Shown here in pieces: positions 14,014-25,345 of a stretch of 64,000 bases of DNA; position 1 is the first letter of the stretch; each line of letters begins with the position of its first letter. Source of the stretch: Chiloscyllium plagiosum (Eukaryota). The notes under the pieces are model-generated. The model saw only the letters and a list, made by a program, of their open reading frames with translations, was not told where the DNA came from and made no database searches. Both the position numbers and the translations under genes were made by a program. The DNA lies in assembly GCF_004010195.1 (NCBI RefSeq), contig NC_057718.1, positions 68,079,872 through 68,143,871 of the forward strand, written 5' to 3'.

Positions 14014-14419
14014 ACCCATTGCAATAAATGCCAACATTCCATTTGCCTTTCTAATCACTTCTTGTGTCTACATACAGGTGGTGCCTTGGTTAATGTTGCC
14101 CTGTTTCACATGATTTTATTTGAACACCATTTTATTTTCAGGGCCTGTAGTGTGAACTAGGTCACAACTTGCAGTTTTAATGTTGTTCCATGTGCATTGC
14201 ATGTCACCAGATGTCAGTATGCGATTGATACTGTTTTGGAGGAACATGAAGGAACTTTTAGTTAGAGCTTAGTTTTGCATGATATGTTGCGCTTCTAGGC
14301 TCTGCCCACTCTTCATTTCAAGCATAAACTCTTCATCAGGAAAAGCCCTTCATCTCCTGCCCCTCTGCCGCCTGACTGGCTGTGCTTTTCCAGCACCAAA
14401 GTCTTTGACTCTGATCTCC

Positions 14420-14930
14420 AGTATCTGTGGTCCTTGCTTTCTCCTAATTTATTGCAAAGGGATTGGAATATAAAGGAGGCATGTTTTTATTGCAGCTGTA
14501 CAAGGTCTTGCGATCGTACCTGAAATACAGAGTATAGCTTTGGTCTCCATATTTGAAAGTTTAAAGACAGTTTACACAACTTACTCCTAGAAAGGAGGGC
14601 TTATCTTTTGAAGTCAGTTTTAACAGATTTGACTGATATCCTTTGTGAATGAGAGGCATGTTATTGAAGCATGTCAATCCTGAAAGATCTTTGTAAAGGT
14701 GGGTGAAGATGTTTATTCTTCTAGAGGTGACTAAACTAGGCAGTGTCGTTTTAAAATAAGAGGCCTCCCTTTTAGGATGGAGATAAGAAATTTTATTTGA
14801 GGATTGATATCTTTGCAGTTCTTTTCCCCAAAAAGAATTGGAAGCTGGGTCATTGCCTTTATATAAGGCTGAGTTGAATAAAGTTTCGAGAGACAAGAGA
14901 ATCAAGGCATTTGGAAAGCAGACAAGAAAC
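14420..14930 (+). mobile_element. Old CR1 LINE 3' fragment
   Basis: Degenerate LQLYKVL..LEY..QFWSP-like and TRG..LK..G..FRMEIR-like segments. Confidence 0.6.
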
Positions 14931-15004
14931 AACTTCACTTAGTGCATCTTTAAGATTATTGCAAAGAATAGTCTGAAGCTAATGTCATCATTTCTGATGG
15001 CACT

Positions 15005-15290
15005 GTTTTTTCTATTCGCTCATGGAGTGTGGACATCACAGACACAGCAACCGTTTAATGTTTATCCCTAATTAACCTACAAGTGAGTGGTTTGTTCGAC
15101 ATTGCTGTTGGTCTAAAGTCACATGTAGGCCAGACTAGGTAAAGGTGGCAGATCTCCCTCTAAAGGACACGAGAGAACTAGATGGGTTTTTACGACAGTT
15201 GGCAATGGTTAGTTACAGGTTGCCATGAGGCCAGCTTTTAATTCCAGACTTTATTGAACTCGGATTACACTGTCTGTCATGGTGGGATTG
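15005..15290 (-). mobile_element. SINE family B copy
   Basis: Reverse complement of 12175-12510 (GTCACATGTAGGCCAGACTAGGTAAAG, TTAATTCCAGA). Confidence 0.65.
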
Positions 15291-15339
15291 CAGAGTAGCT
15301 CAGCACCATCTCTACTGATCATACTGGTCAGGTCCTAAC

Positions 15340-17516
15340 GCAAAGAACTACTAGCCCATTTTTGCAGCAGGTGGCGAGGGAACCCACAAGAGGAAAGAAA
15401 CAATTTGAACTCCTCTTTACCAGTCTGCTGGCTTCGATGCATTTGTCCATGACAGTATCGGTAAGAGTGACCACTGCACAGTCTTTTTTGAGACACAGGC
15501 CCATCTTCTCACTGAGAATACTTAAAATCATATTGTGTGGCACTGTCTTTGAGCAAAATGTATCAGAATTCGAACAGATCTAGCAACTCAAAATTGGGCC
15601 TCCATGAGGTGCTGCGGGCCATCAACATCAGCAGAATTGCACTCCAGCAAAATTTGTAATCCATGGCCAGGCATACCCTCTTCTCAACCATAACCATCAA
15701 GTTAGGGGATTAACCCTGGTTCAGGAGAATGCAGGAGGACATAACTAAAAATGAGGCATCAAACTGGTGAAACTGCCAAACAGGACTACTCGCATATCAA
15801 ACAGTAAAAGCAGTCAGTGTTAGACAGAGGTAAGTGATCCCGCAACCAACAAATCAGATCTAAGCTCTACAGTCCAGGCATATCCAATCATGAATAGCAG
15901 TGGGCAGTTAAACAAATCACTGGAGGAGGAGGAGAAAGCATCACAAATAATCCCATCCCCACTGATGGAAGAGGCCAGCACATTAGTGCAGAAGATAAGG
16001 CTGAACCATTCACAGCAATCTTCAGGCAGAAGTGCTGAATAGTTAATCCATCTCGACCTCTTCAAGTGGTCCCTAGCAGCACAGATGCCAGTTACCAGCC
16101 AATTCACTCCATGTGATGTCAAGAAACAGTTGGAGGCACTGGATACTACAAAGGCTGAGTTCTGACAATAGTAAAGAAGGCAGGTGCTCCAGAACATGCT
16201 GTTCTCCTAGCCAATATGTTCCATACCAGCCTGTCAGCCTACTCTTGATCATCAGTAAAGGGATGGAAGGTGTCATCAACAGCACTGTCAAGCAGCACCT
16301 GCTCAATAATAATGACACCCAGTTTGGGTCCCACAAGTGCCATAACTCAGCTCCTGGCCTTGGTTCAAATATGACAAAAGAGTTGAATTCCAAAGGTGAG
16401 ATGAACATAACAACCTTTGACATCAAAGCTGCAATTTGATCAGGTGTGGCATCAAGGAGCCCAAACAAAACTGGAATCAGTGGATATCAAGACAAACCCT
16501 CTGTTGTTGGAGTCATACTTGGCACATGGGAAGATGGTCATGGTTGTTGGAAGTCAATTATCTCCACTCCAGTATATCTCTGCAAGAGTTCTTCAAGGTA
16601 GTGTCCTAGATCCAAGTTCATCAGCTGTTTCATCATTGGCCTTCCATCCATCATAAAGTCAGAACTGTGGATGTTTGTGCAATCATTGGCACAATACAGC
16701 ACCATTCACAACTCCTTAGACACTGAAGCAAACCATGTACAAATGCAGCTAGACCTGGACAAATCTCAGCTTGGCTGACAAGTGACATGTAACATACACA
16801 CCACACAAATGCCAGACAAAAGCCATCTCCAATAACAGACAATCTAACCACTGTCCCTTGACATTCAGTAGTGTTACCATCACTGAACACCCCACTATCA
16901 ACATCCTAGGGATTACCATTGATCAGAAACTCAACTATCTCACCATATAAATGGAGTGGCTACAAGAGAACGTCAGAGGCAAGGAATACAGTCACTTCCT
17001 GAGTCTCCAAAAACCTGTTCACTATCATCAAGACACATGTCAGGAGTGTGACAAATTACTTTCCACTTGCCTGAAGGCATGCAGTTCCAATAGCACTCGA
17101 GAAGCTTGACACCATGCAGGACAAAGCAGCCCGCCTTGATCGGCACCACATCCACTCCCTCCACCACCAACACTCAGTAGCAGCTGTGTATACGATCTAC
17201 AAGATGCACTGCAGAAATTCACCAGTATCTTCCAAACCGTAACCACATCCATGCAGAAGGACGAGGGCAGCAGATACCTGGGAGTAACACCACCAGCAAG
17301 TTCTCTTCCAAGCCACTCACCATCCTGACTTGGAAATGTATTGCTTGGCCGAAATCCTGCAACTTCTCCCTAACAGTATTATGAGTCAACCTATTATGAG
17401 GACTGTAACAGTTCAAGGTGTCAGCTCACAACCACCTTCTCCAGGGTGAATTGTGAACAAGGAATAAATGCTGGCCAGCCAGTGATGTCCAAGTCCCACA
17501 AGTGAATTAAAAAAAA
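15340..17516 (+). mobile_element. CR1-group LINE distinct from the HER1-like family (RT region to 3' end), decayed
   Basis: Peptides YQPVSLLLIISKGMEGVIN..QFG, FDIKAA.FDQVWHQG and LQGSVLDP. 3' end GAATAAATGCTGGCCAGCC...GTGAATTAAAAAAAA. Confidence 0.85.
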
Positions 17517-17600
17517 CAGTTCAAGGTCATGCTGAGATCATGGCAATATGTTTCCTGGAGATAGCCTAGTGGTACTATTACTAGACTCTTAATCCAGAGA

Positions 17601-18079
17601 CATAGAACATAGAAGAATACAGCTCAGTACAGGCCCTTCGGCCCTCGATGTTGTGCCGATCTAAGCCCACCTAACCTACACTGCCCACTATCCTCCATAT
17701 GCCTATCCAATCCCCACTTAAATGCCCATAAAGAGGGAGAGTCCACCACTGCTACTGGCAGGGCATTCCATGAACTCACGACTCGCTGAGTAAAGAACCT
17801 ACCCCTAACATCTGTCCTATACCTACCCCCCCTTAAATTAAAGCTATGCCCCCTTGTAATAGCTGACTCCATACGTGGAAAAAGATTCTCACTGTCGACC
17901 CTATCAAAACCCCTAATCATCTTGTACACCTCTATCAAGTCACCCCTAAACCTTCTTTTCTCCAATGAAAACAACCCCAAGTGCCTCAGCCTTTCCTCAT
18001 ACGATCTTCCTACCATACCAGGCAACATCCTGGTAAACCTCCTCTGCACCCGTTCCAGTGCCTCCACATCCTTCCTATA
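17601..18079 (-). mobile_element. Young CR1 LINE 3' end (different subfamily), inserted in a family B SINE head
   Basis: ORF 17624-18067 MEALERVQRRFTRMLPG...RRFRGDLIEVYKMIRG and a CATAGAACATAGAA tail. The SINE head at 17556-17600 stops at the junction. Confidence 0.9.
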
Positions 18080-19135
18080 AGTGCCTCCATATCCTTCATT
18101 GGGGGAGTGGGAGGTGAGTTGAAGTGTTCGGCCATGGAGCAGTGGGGATGGTCGGTGTTAACTTTTCTGCCTAATTTAAAACGAGCAACACAGAAATATT
18201 TAGCTGTAATCTGTAAATATTCGAATGGCCAAGTTCTATTTAAAGTAATAATTAACTACTTTATTTCTTAAAGTGTAACAGAGAATAATTAACTCACAAC
18301 TATGAAAAAATACTTACTTTAACCCATCTTTTACCTTCCCTTCTATGAAATCAGTTACCAAAAACTCCCAATTAAGATTTCCTAAACCACATTTCTTATC
18401 ACTCAACCAGGCAGCTTTCAATTGATCTATTTGGATCTTCCTGTGACTTCTTATCTTCCTCATAGGAATTTCTGCATCAGAAATTACAGATTTATAAAGT
18501 AGTTTTAAGAGAGCTATTTTTCAGGCAGACTGGTGGCATGGCAGTTCTCCTCCCAAATATTAAATTTTCCCAGTTTTATACCCCAGAGCATCAGATTGTG
18601 TCATTGACTTTTAAGATTGTCAATATAATCAATTCAAAACTGGACTGGAGTTTCATATTTTTCGAAATATAATTTAAACTGATTGGCCGAATTCAAATTT
18701 GTTTTTGTCTCCAGGCAACGAGCTAATCGAGTTGTTTTACCAAATATTACATTCTTACTTTATTGAGAACATTTGGTGCTGCATCTGATAGTTCTGCTGC
18801 GTTTAACCCTCTTAAAGTACACCCAACCCTTCATAACAGTTGGTGTTGGCGTTTCAGAGATGTTCCGAATGTGGAGGAGACTACATCAGGTGTAACATTG
18901 GTGGAAGTACAGGTAAATTTCTGTCATATGTCGAAGTATCATTTGAGGCCTTGGACGGAGGTGAGGGGAGAGGTGCGGGTGCAAGTTTTGCACTAAACAT
19001 CTCTGGGACACCTGAACTTAAAAACCCTACCGCCACGTGCATAAACATCTCAACAAGTGCATGCAGGTCCTGGGTCTCCTTCATCGCAAACCTTCCAATC
19101 CAACACCTGGAGGAAGAATGCCTTATTTTCCTGCA
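18080..19135. mobile_element. Penelope GIY-YIG fragments (minus ~18080-18990, plus ~18995-19135) interrupted by the solo LTR
   Basis: Homologous by eye to 56431-57289 and 22620-22900 (GTGGAAGTACAGGTAAAT; GCATGCAGGTCCTGGGTCTCCT...CCTGGAGGAAGAATGCCT). Confidence 0.7.
18156..18838. mobile_element. Solo LTR (683 bp) inserted in a Penelope fragment
   Basis: TGTTA...TAACA inverted termini and a 5-bp TSD GTCGG (18151-18155) / GTTGG (18839-18843) that differs by one CpG-type change. The flanks join into continuous Penelope sequence. Confidence 0.75.
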
Positions 19136-19284
19136 TTTTTTGATCTTTTAAATTGGATCAAATTTGGAGTTGATCATTTCATATTTGTGATGATGCACTC
19201 ACTGTGGGGATATCCAATCCCAGAGTAAAATCGAAAAAGGGAGTTATGGCTGCAGCAGGGATTTGGCTGTGCATGAGAAACTCC

Positions 19285-19600
19285 ATTTTTTTTTTAATTA
19301 AAGGGATTTGGGTATTGCTGGGTAGGTAAACATTTCCTACGCTTCTGTAATTGCCCAGAGAGCATGTAACAGTCAACAAGGTTGTTACGGGTCTGGAGTC
19401 ACATGTGGGGTCGATGAGGTAAGAATGACAGATCGCCTTCCCCAAAGGACATCAGTGAATGAAATGGTTTTTCTTCCTGACAACTGACAACTGTTTCATC
19501 ATCATCATTGGACTCATTGAAGTTCTAACATCTGCCATGGGGAATGTTACCTAAGTCTATGAATTAACAATCTCGTGATAGGTCCATTAGGCCATCGTCC
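19285..19600 (-). mobile_element. SINE family B copy
   Basis: GGGTCTGGAGTCACATGTGG and other segments are the reverse complement of 12175-12510. Confidence 0.65.
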
Positions 19601-20133
19601 TCCAACATCTATAGTAATGGTGTGAATCCACAGAGATTTAAGGGTTGCTATCATTGAAGCCTCACAGTGCCAAGGACCGGGGTTCGATTCCACCCTCCAA
19701 TGACTGTGTGGAGCGGCCACATTCTCCGCATGGACTTCCTCTGGGTGCTCTGTTTTTTTTTCTCGCAATCGAAAGGTGTGCATATTAAATGGGTTGCCCT
19801 ATAGTGTNNNNNNNNNNNNNNNNNNNNNNNNNNNNNNNNNNNNNNNNNNNNNNNNNNNNNNNNNNNNNNNNNNNNNNNNNNNNNNNNNNNNNNNNNNNNN
19901 NNNNNNNNNNNNNNNNNNNNNNNNNNNNNNNNNNNNNNNNNNNNNNNNNNNNNNNNNNNNNNNNNNNNNNNNNNNNNNNNNNNNNNNNNNNNNNNNNNNN
20001 NNNNNNNNNNNNNNNNNNNNNNNNNNNNNNNNNNNNNNNNNNNNNNNNNNNNNNNNNNNNNNNNNNNNNNNNNNNNNNNNNNNNNNNNNNNNNNNNNNNN
20101 NNNNNNNNNNNNNNNNNNNNNNNNNNNNNNNNN

Positions 20134-20545
20134 CAGAACCAAATCCAGTATGGTCTCACCTCTTGTTGGCCTATCTACAAATTGTTTCAGGAAACCCTCC
20201 TGCACACATTGGACAAACACTGACCCATCTAACGAACTTGAGCTATAGCTTTCCCAATCAATATCAGGAAAGTTAAAGTCCCCCATAACAACCACCCTAT
20301 TACTTTCACTCTTCTCTTGAATCATCCTCGCAATCCTTTCTTCTACGTTTCTAGGACTATTAGGAGGCCTGTAAAAAACTCCTAACAGGGTGAGCTCACC
20401 TTTCCTATTCCTAACCTCAGCCCAAACTACCTCAGATGACGAGTCTTCATCCATCGTCCTTTCCACAGCTGTAATACTATCTTTGACAAGCAATGCCACA
20501 CCTCCCCCTCTTTTACCCCCACCTCTGACCCTACTAAAACATTTA
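20134..20545 (-). mobile_element. CR1 LINE APE-endonuclease region
   Basis: Peptide GGKRGGGVALLVK...LLGVFYRPPN...VVVMGDFNFPDIDW...FLKQFVDRPTRGETILDLVL. Confidence 0.92.
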
Positions 20546-20820
20546 ATGTCCTGGGGACCCGGCTTCAAATCACGCCAAGGCAGATGCTCAAATTTGAATT
20601 CAATAAAAATGTGGAATTAAGAGTCTAATGATGATCATGAGTCAATTGTCAGAAAAATCTATCCAGTTCACTAATGTGCTTTCAGGGAAGGGAACTAGTC
20701 TGGCCAAGATGTAACTCCAGACACACAGAAAGGTGGTTGAATCTTTATTGCCATCTCATAGGGCAATTAATACTGACATGGCTGGTGACACCCTCATCCT
20801 ATGAACAATTTTTTTTTTAG
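20546..20820 (+). mobile_element. 3' portion of the family B SINE whose head is at 17556-17600
   Basis: AATGTCCTGGGGACCCGGCTTCAAATC continues the SINE B sequence (compare 12229-12260) from about where 17600 stops. Confidence 0.7.
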
Positions 20821-21226
20821 AAAGTTAAGATGGTGTGTTCCTTGCAACAGAGTTTGCAAGTGGTAGGGTTTCATACACCTGTTGAGCCTGTTCAGGTAGT
20901 GCAGATTACATATTTTGGAAGATGCTTTCGAAAATACCTTTTTGGATTACTGCAGTGCATCTTGTAGGTTGACACATCCATGGTGTTGGACGTGGTGCAT
21001 GTCCTGCTGCTGCTTTGGCATTGTGCTTTTAGAAACTCTTGCCCCAAAAATAAATACAGATGTTAAATAGTCATGCAAATCAAGCATTCTTGGAAAGGAA
21101 GGATATAGCTCTTTAGACTAACCTTTGTTTTCGGTGTTCTTGTACACCACATGTTTATCAAGAGACCACACTTGCCATTGCAGAATCTGGACTCCTACTA
21201 CATTTGACTAAGCACCTTCCAGGTAG

Positions 21227-23350
21227 TGTTATGATGTGGAGGTCAAACTCTGTTAATTAAAACCAAACATTCAGAAAAGCTCACCGCACCTTGTAATCTG
21301 TTAAAAGTTTGAGGGAGTGAAAGAGAACTCCTAATTTCCACTGTTTAAAGAAAAATAAAAAATTATTTTCCTAACAGAGCACCTAAACAAACTACTAACA
21401 TACTGGACACAGTTTCCCCTAACTGATCACAATCCTATTAACATGCTGTTCCAATAATATACTTATTAAATGTTACATTAACTTAATTTCAAGTCCACAC
21501 AGTCTCTGTCTTCTCCACTGTCTTCAGTCTTCTGCCTGCTGATCTCACTGGGGCGTCATCTTTCTTTGGACTACGAGTATATTTTACAGGAAAAGGTATC
21601 TTTGGTGGGGAGTGTCGAATTTCTTGGAGAGCAAGACTTTAGACAGGCAGTTAGCTCTCTGGCTCTACAGCAGTTGCTCAGCTGATTGGTGGCAGTTACT
21701 CTGACCAATTTTCAAAATGCCCGGTTTTTTTAATCTCCCCAACATTGTTCCCTGTTATTGGTCCAATGTTGTCAAAACAATAAATTCAAACTCAATTGGG
21801 TTTTAGTATCCTGAGAATAATTGAAACTGGGTAAATTTGAATTGTTGTCAAAAGAGCAACCATTTAACAGCAAATTGTTACATGTATCTATTTTGGAATA
21901 GGTGAAAGTGAGGACTGCAGATACTGGAGATTGTATCTATTGTATTGTTAGCTACTTTCTCCTCAACCCCATCCTCCTCCCATTTATTTCTCCACCTCGT
22001 AGGTTCCCTGCCTCATTCCCGATAAAGGGCTTTTGCCCGAGACGTCGATTTTCCTGTTCCTCGAATGCTGCCTGACCTGCTGTTGGACGTGGTGCATGTC
22101 CTGCTGCTGATTTGCAGGATTTGCATGACTATTTAACATCTGTATTTATTTTTAGGGCAAGAGTTTCTAAAAGCACAATGCCAAAGCAGCAGCAGGACAT
22201 GCACCACGTCCTCACAGCAGGTCAGGCAGCATTCGAGGAACAGGAAAATCGACGTCTCGGGCAAAAGCCCTTTATCGGGAATGAGGCAGGGAACCTACGA
22301 GGTGGAGAAATAAATGGGAGGAGGATGGGGTTGAGGAGAAAGTAGCTAACAATACAATAGATGGGTGGAGGTGGAGATAAAGGTGATAGGTGAGAGAGGA
22401 GGGTGGAGTGGATAGGTGGGAAGGAAGATTGGCAGATAGGACCGGTCATGAGGATGGTGCTGAGCTGGCAGGTTGGAACTGGGGTAAGGTGGGGGGAGGG
22501 GAAATGAGGAAAGTGGTGAAGTCCACATTCATGCCCTGGGGTTGAAGTGTTTCAAGGCAGAAGATGAGGTGTTCTTTCTCCAGGCGTTGGGTGGTGAGGA
22601 AGTGGCAGTGGAGTAGGCCGCCATTTATTGTATCCGTTGCTCCCAATGCGGTCTCTTTTACATTGGGGAGACTGGACGCCTTCTCGCAGAGTGTTTTAGA
22701 GAACATCTCTGGGACAACCGCACCAATCAACCCCACCGCCCTGTGGCCCAACATTTCAACCCCCCCCCTCCCACTCTGCTGAGGACATGCAGGTCCTGGG
22801 CCGCCTCCACCACCATTCCCTCACCACCCAACACCTGTAGAAAGAACGCCTCATCTTTCACCTCGGATCACTTCAACCCCAGGGCATCAATGTGGATTTC
22901 ACCAGTTTCCTCATTTCCCCTCCCCCCACCTTACCCCATTTCCAACCTGCCAGCTCAGCACCATCCTCATGACCTGTCCTACCTGCCAGTCTTCCTTTCC
23001 ACCTATGCACTCCACCCTCCTCTCCGATCTATAACCTTCATCCCCAACCCCATCCACCTATTGTACTCGTAGCTACCTTCTCCCCAGCCCCACACCCCTC
23101 CCATTTATTTTTCCACCCTGGAGGCTCCCTGCCTCATTCCTGATGAAGGGCTTTTGCCCGAGACGTTGATTTTCCTGCTCCTCGGATGCTGCTTGACCTG
23201 TTGTGCTTTTCCAGCACCACACTAATCTTGACTCTATTTTGGAATAGCTTGTCTCCCAACCTTTCCATTCAGGAAACACTTTAAGTTTACTTCAATATTC
23301 AGAAAACACTCTATTTTAAAGTGAGTATACATGCTTTTGACTTTGTAACA
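21227..23350. mobile_element. Probable solo LTR related to 18156-18838, interrupted by a Penelope insertion
   Basis: Starts TGTTAT and plausibly ends GTAACA, with flanks GTAG/ATAG. Internal 21700-21850 resembles 18560-18710. Confidence 0.45.
21902..23232. mobile_element. Penelope-like insertion with inverted halves and a 15-bp TSD
   Basis: Perfect TSD TCTATTTTGGAATAG at 21887-21901 and 23233-23247. Minus copy ~22214-22615 and plus copy ~22620-23232 (IYCIRCSQCGLFYIGETGR). Confidence 0.9.
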
Positions 23351-23689
23351 ATAGGAACCATGTAACTTGTTAGATAGTTTGCATATTTGTTAAAGTTGGC
23401 AAAGTCCCACATTAAAGCCTTATTCCAGATTGATCCCATGATTCTGTTTATGTAGGAGCTTGCATGGTGCAGTTGTTGAATGCACTGATGAATATTTGAC
23501 TTTGACACAAGTTAAATGAAATACTTGGTTAAATTTCTAAATTGTCTTTTCTCTCCAAACAGAATAGAATGAAAATTACTTGGTCAGAATCTTCTGTTTG
23601 TGCATACCTGATTTATATATGTCGGTTTAAGCAAATGTAAAATGAAATTTGGAATGAAATTCTATTTAGGAGATGTGTTATCCCATCAC

Positions 23690-23902
23690 TTTTTTCCCTC
23701 TGCGTGGGTTTCTCTGGGTGCTCCAGTTTCATCTCTCAATCCAAAAGGTGTGCAGGTTAGGTGAATTGACCACACTAAATTGCCAAGTTAGGAGTAAATA
23801 TAGGGTAGGGAAATGGATCTGGATGGGTTACTCTTCGGAGGGTCAGGGTGGACTTGTTGGGCCGAAGGGCCTGTTTCCATATTGTAGAGAATCTAATCTA
23901 AA
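23690..23902 (+). mobile_element. 5'-truncated HE1-type SINE
   Basis: TCTGCGTGGGTTTCTCTGGGTGCTCCAGTTTC core and CR1-like tail GGGCCGAAGGGCCTGTTTCC. Confidence 0.8.
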
Positions 23903-24127
23903 TTGAAAAATAAACTACTGTACCTCAAGATTGAGTAATTTACCTGATTCTGACCTGGTCAGTTCAGGGACATAAACCCATTGTTGAAATTAAAACGTGA
24001 TAAGTAATGTGCTGTTGTTAAGACTGCTTTACATATTAAATGAACTGGAAGTTATTCATTATGCTTTTGTATTTGTTTAATATCATCATAAACACAGACT
24101 TGTGATCTAATAGCATTTACAATATAT

Positions 24128-24450
24128 TCATAGAGTTCCTACAGTGTGGAAGCAGGCCATTCAGCTCATCAAGTCCACACCAACCCTCCGAAGAGTTCCC
24201 CCCCTCACTCAATAGCCCTGCATTCCCCATGGCTAATCCACCCAGTCTGCACACTATGGGCAATTTAGCATGGACAATCAACTTAACCTGCACCACTTTG
24301 GACTGTGGGAGGAAACTGGAGCACACTGAGGAAACACGCAGGCTTAGAGAGAATGCGCAAACTCCAGTCAGTCCCTCAAGGCTGGAATCGAACCTGGTTC
24401 CCTGGCACTGTGAGACAGCAGTGCAAACTGCAGAACCACCATGCCACCCC
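24128..24450 (-). mobile_element. HE1-type SINE
   Basis: Minus strand GGGTGGCATGGTGGTTCTGCAG...CCAGGTTCGATTCCAGCC followed by the HE1 body. Confidence 0.85.
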
Positions 24451-24989
24451 AAAAAGTGGTTATCATTAGATTCTGAATAAGCAGGATTTGAACCCTGGTC
24501 CTCAGAATATTACCTCAGTCTCTCTAGTAATAGTCCAGTGATAATGCCACCAGGTTGTCGCATCCCCTTATTCTGATAAAAGTCACAAAGTAGCATAATT
24601 TGTTTTTTAAAATAGAAAGCCTTAGCAAGCAAAAGCATCCTGCTAACAGCTATTAAATTAGTAATTGCTTTTGGGAATTACTTGAGGTAAAAAAATTGTC
24701 TAGGACACCTAAAGCTCCTTCTGGTTAAAATGCATGAGACGTTTCGTATCTAGATGAATCACAGGAACAGATACATGGGTCAGTTTAGTTTCATGTAGGA
24801 AATGATGCCTCGCAATTTAACATTCTCATTATTTCATTCAGTCATAATAAATTGTTGTTAATTGCTAATTAGCCATAGTTCATCAGGTACTATAGGTACC
24901 TGATTTAGAGAGGAAGAGATAGATAATCATCTTCCACACTATACAAAGGACAAGGTAAGGAGGTATCTCTCCATGAGAGAGGATCTTGA

Positions 24990-25345
24990 TGAGGCGGATG
25001 GTGATGCAGTGGTATTCTCACTGGATTAGTAACTCAGTGTACAACCTGATGCCACAGGAATGTGGATTCAATTCCCAACTTGTCAGCTAGTGAAGTTCGT
25101 TTAAATCAATTAATAAATTCAATTAATTAAAACTATCTGGATTGAAAGCTAGTTGAGGGAATAGCAAACATGAAACAATCACCAATTATCACCAAAACCC
25201 ATCTGGTTTCTTAATGCCCTTTAGGGAAGAATATCGTATCCTTTTTTGGCGTGGTCTACATGTGACCTCTGAACAGCAGCAATGTGGTTTATTTTTAACA
25301 GCCTTAAAGGGCTTTGCCAGTTGACACCACATCCCAGAAAAAAAG
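24990..25345 (+). mobile_element. SINE family B-related copy, older
   Basis: GGTGATGCAGTGGTATT head and AAACCCATCTGGTT...GGTCTACATGTGAC body. Confidence 0.6.

Noticed and set aside
19651..20568. 305-aa ORF and overlapping ORFs
   Set aside because: They span an N gap; only the CR1 endonuclease part is real.
22015..23170. Active hammerheads at 22019, 22250-22280 and 23140
   Set aside because: Core mutations (CCGATAA; GAGAC instead of GAAAC) should inactivate them. Copies at 13925, 10020, 30601, 32903 and 47520-47590 are also decayed.
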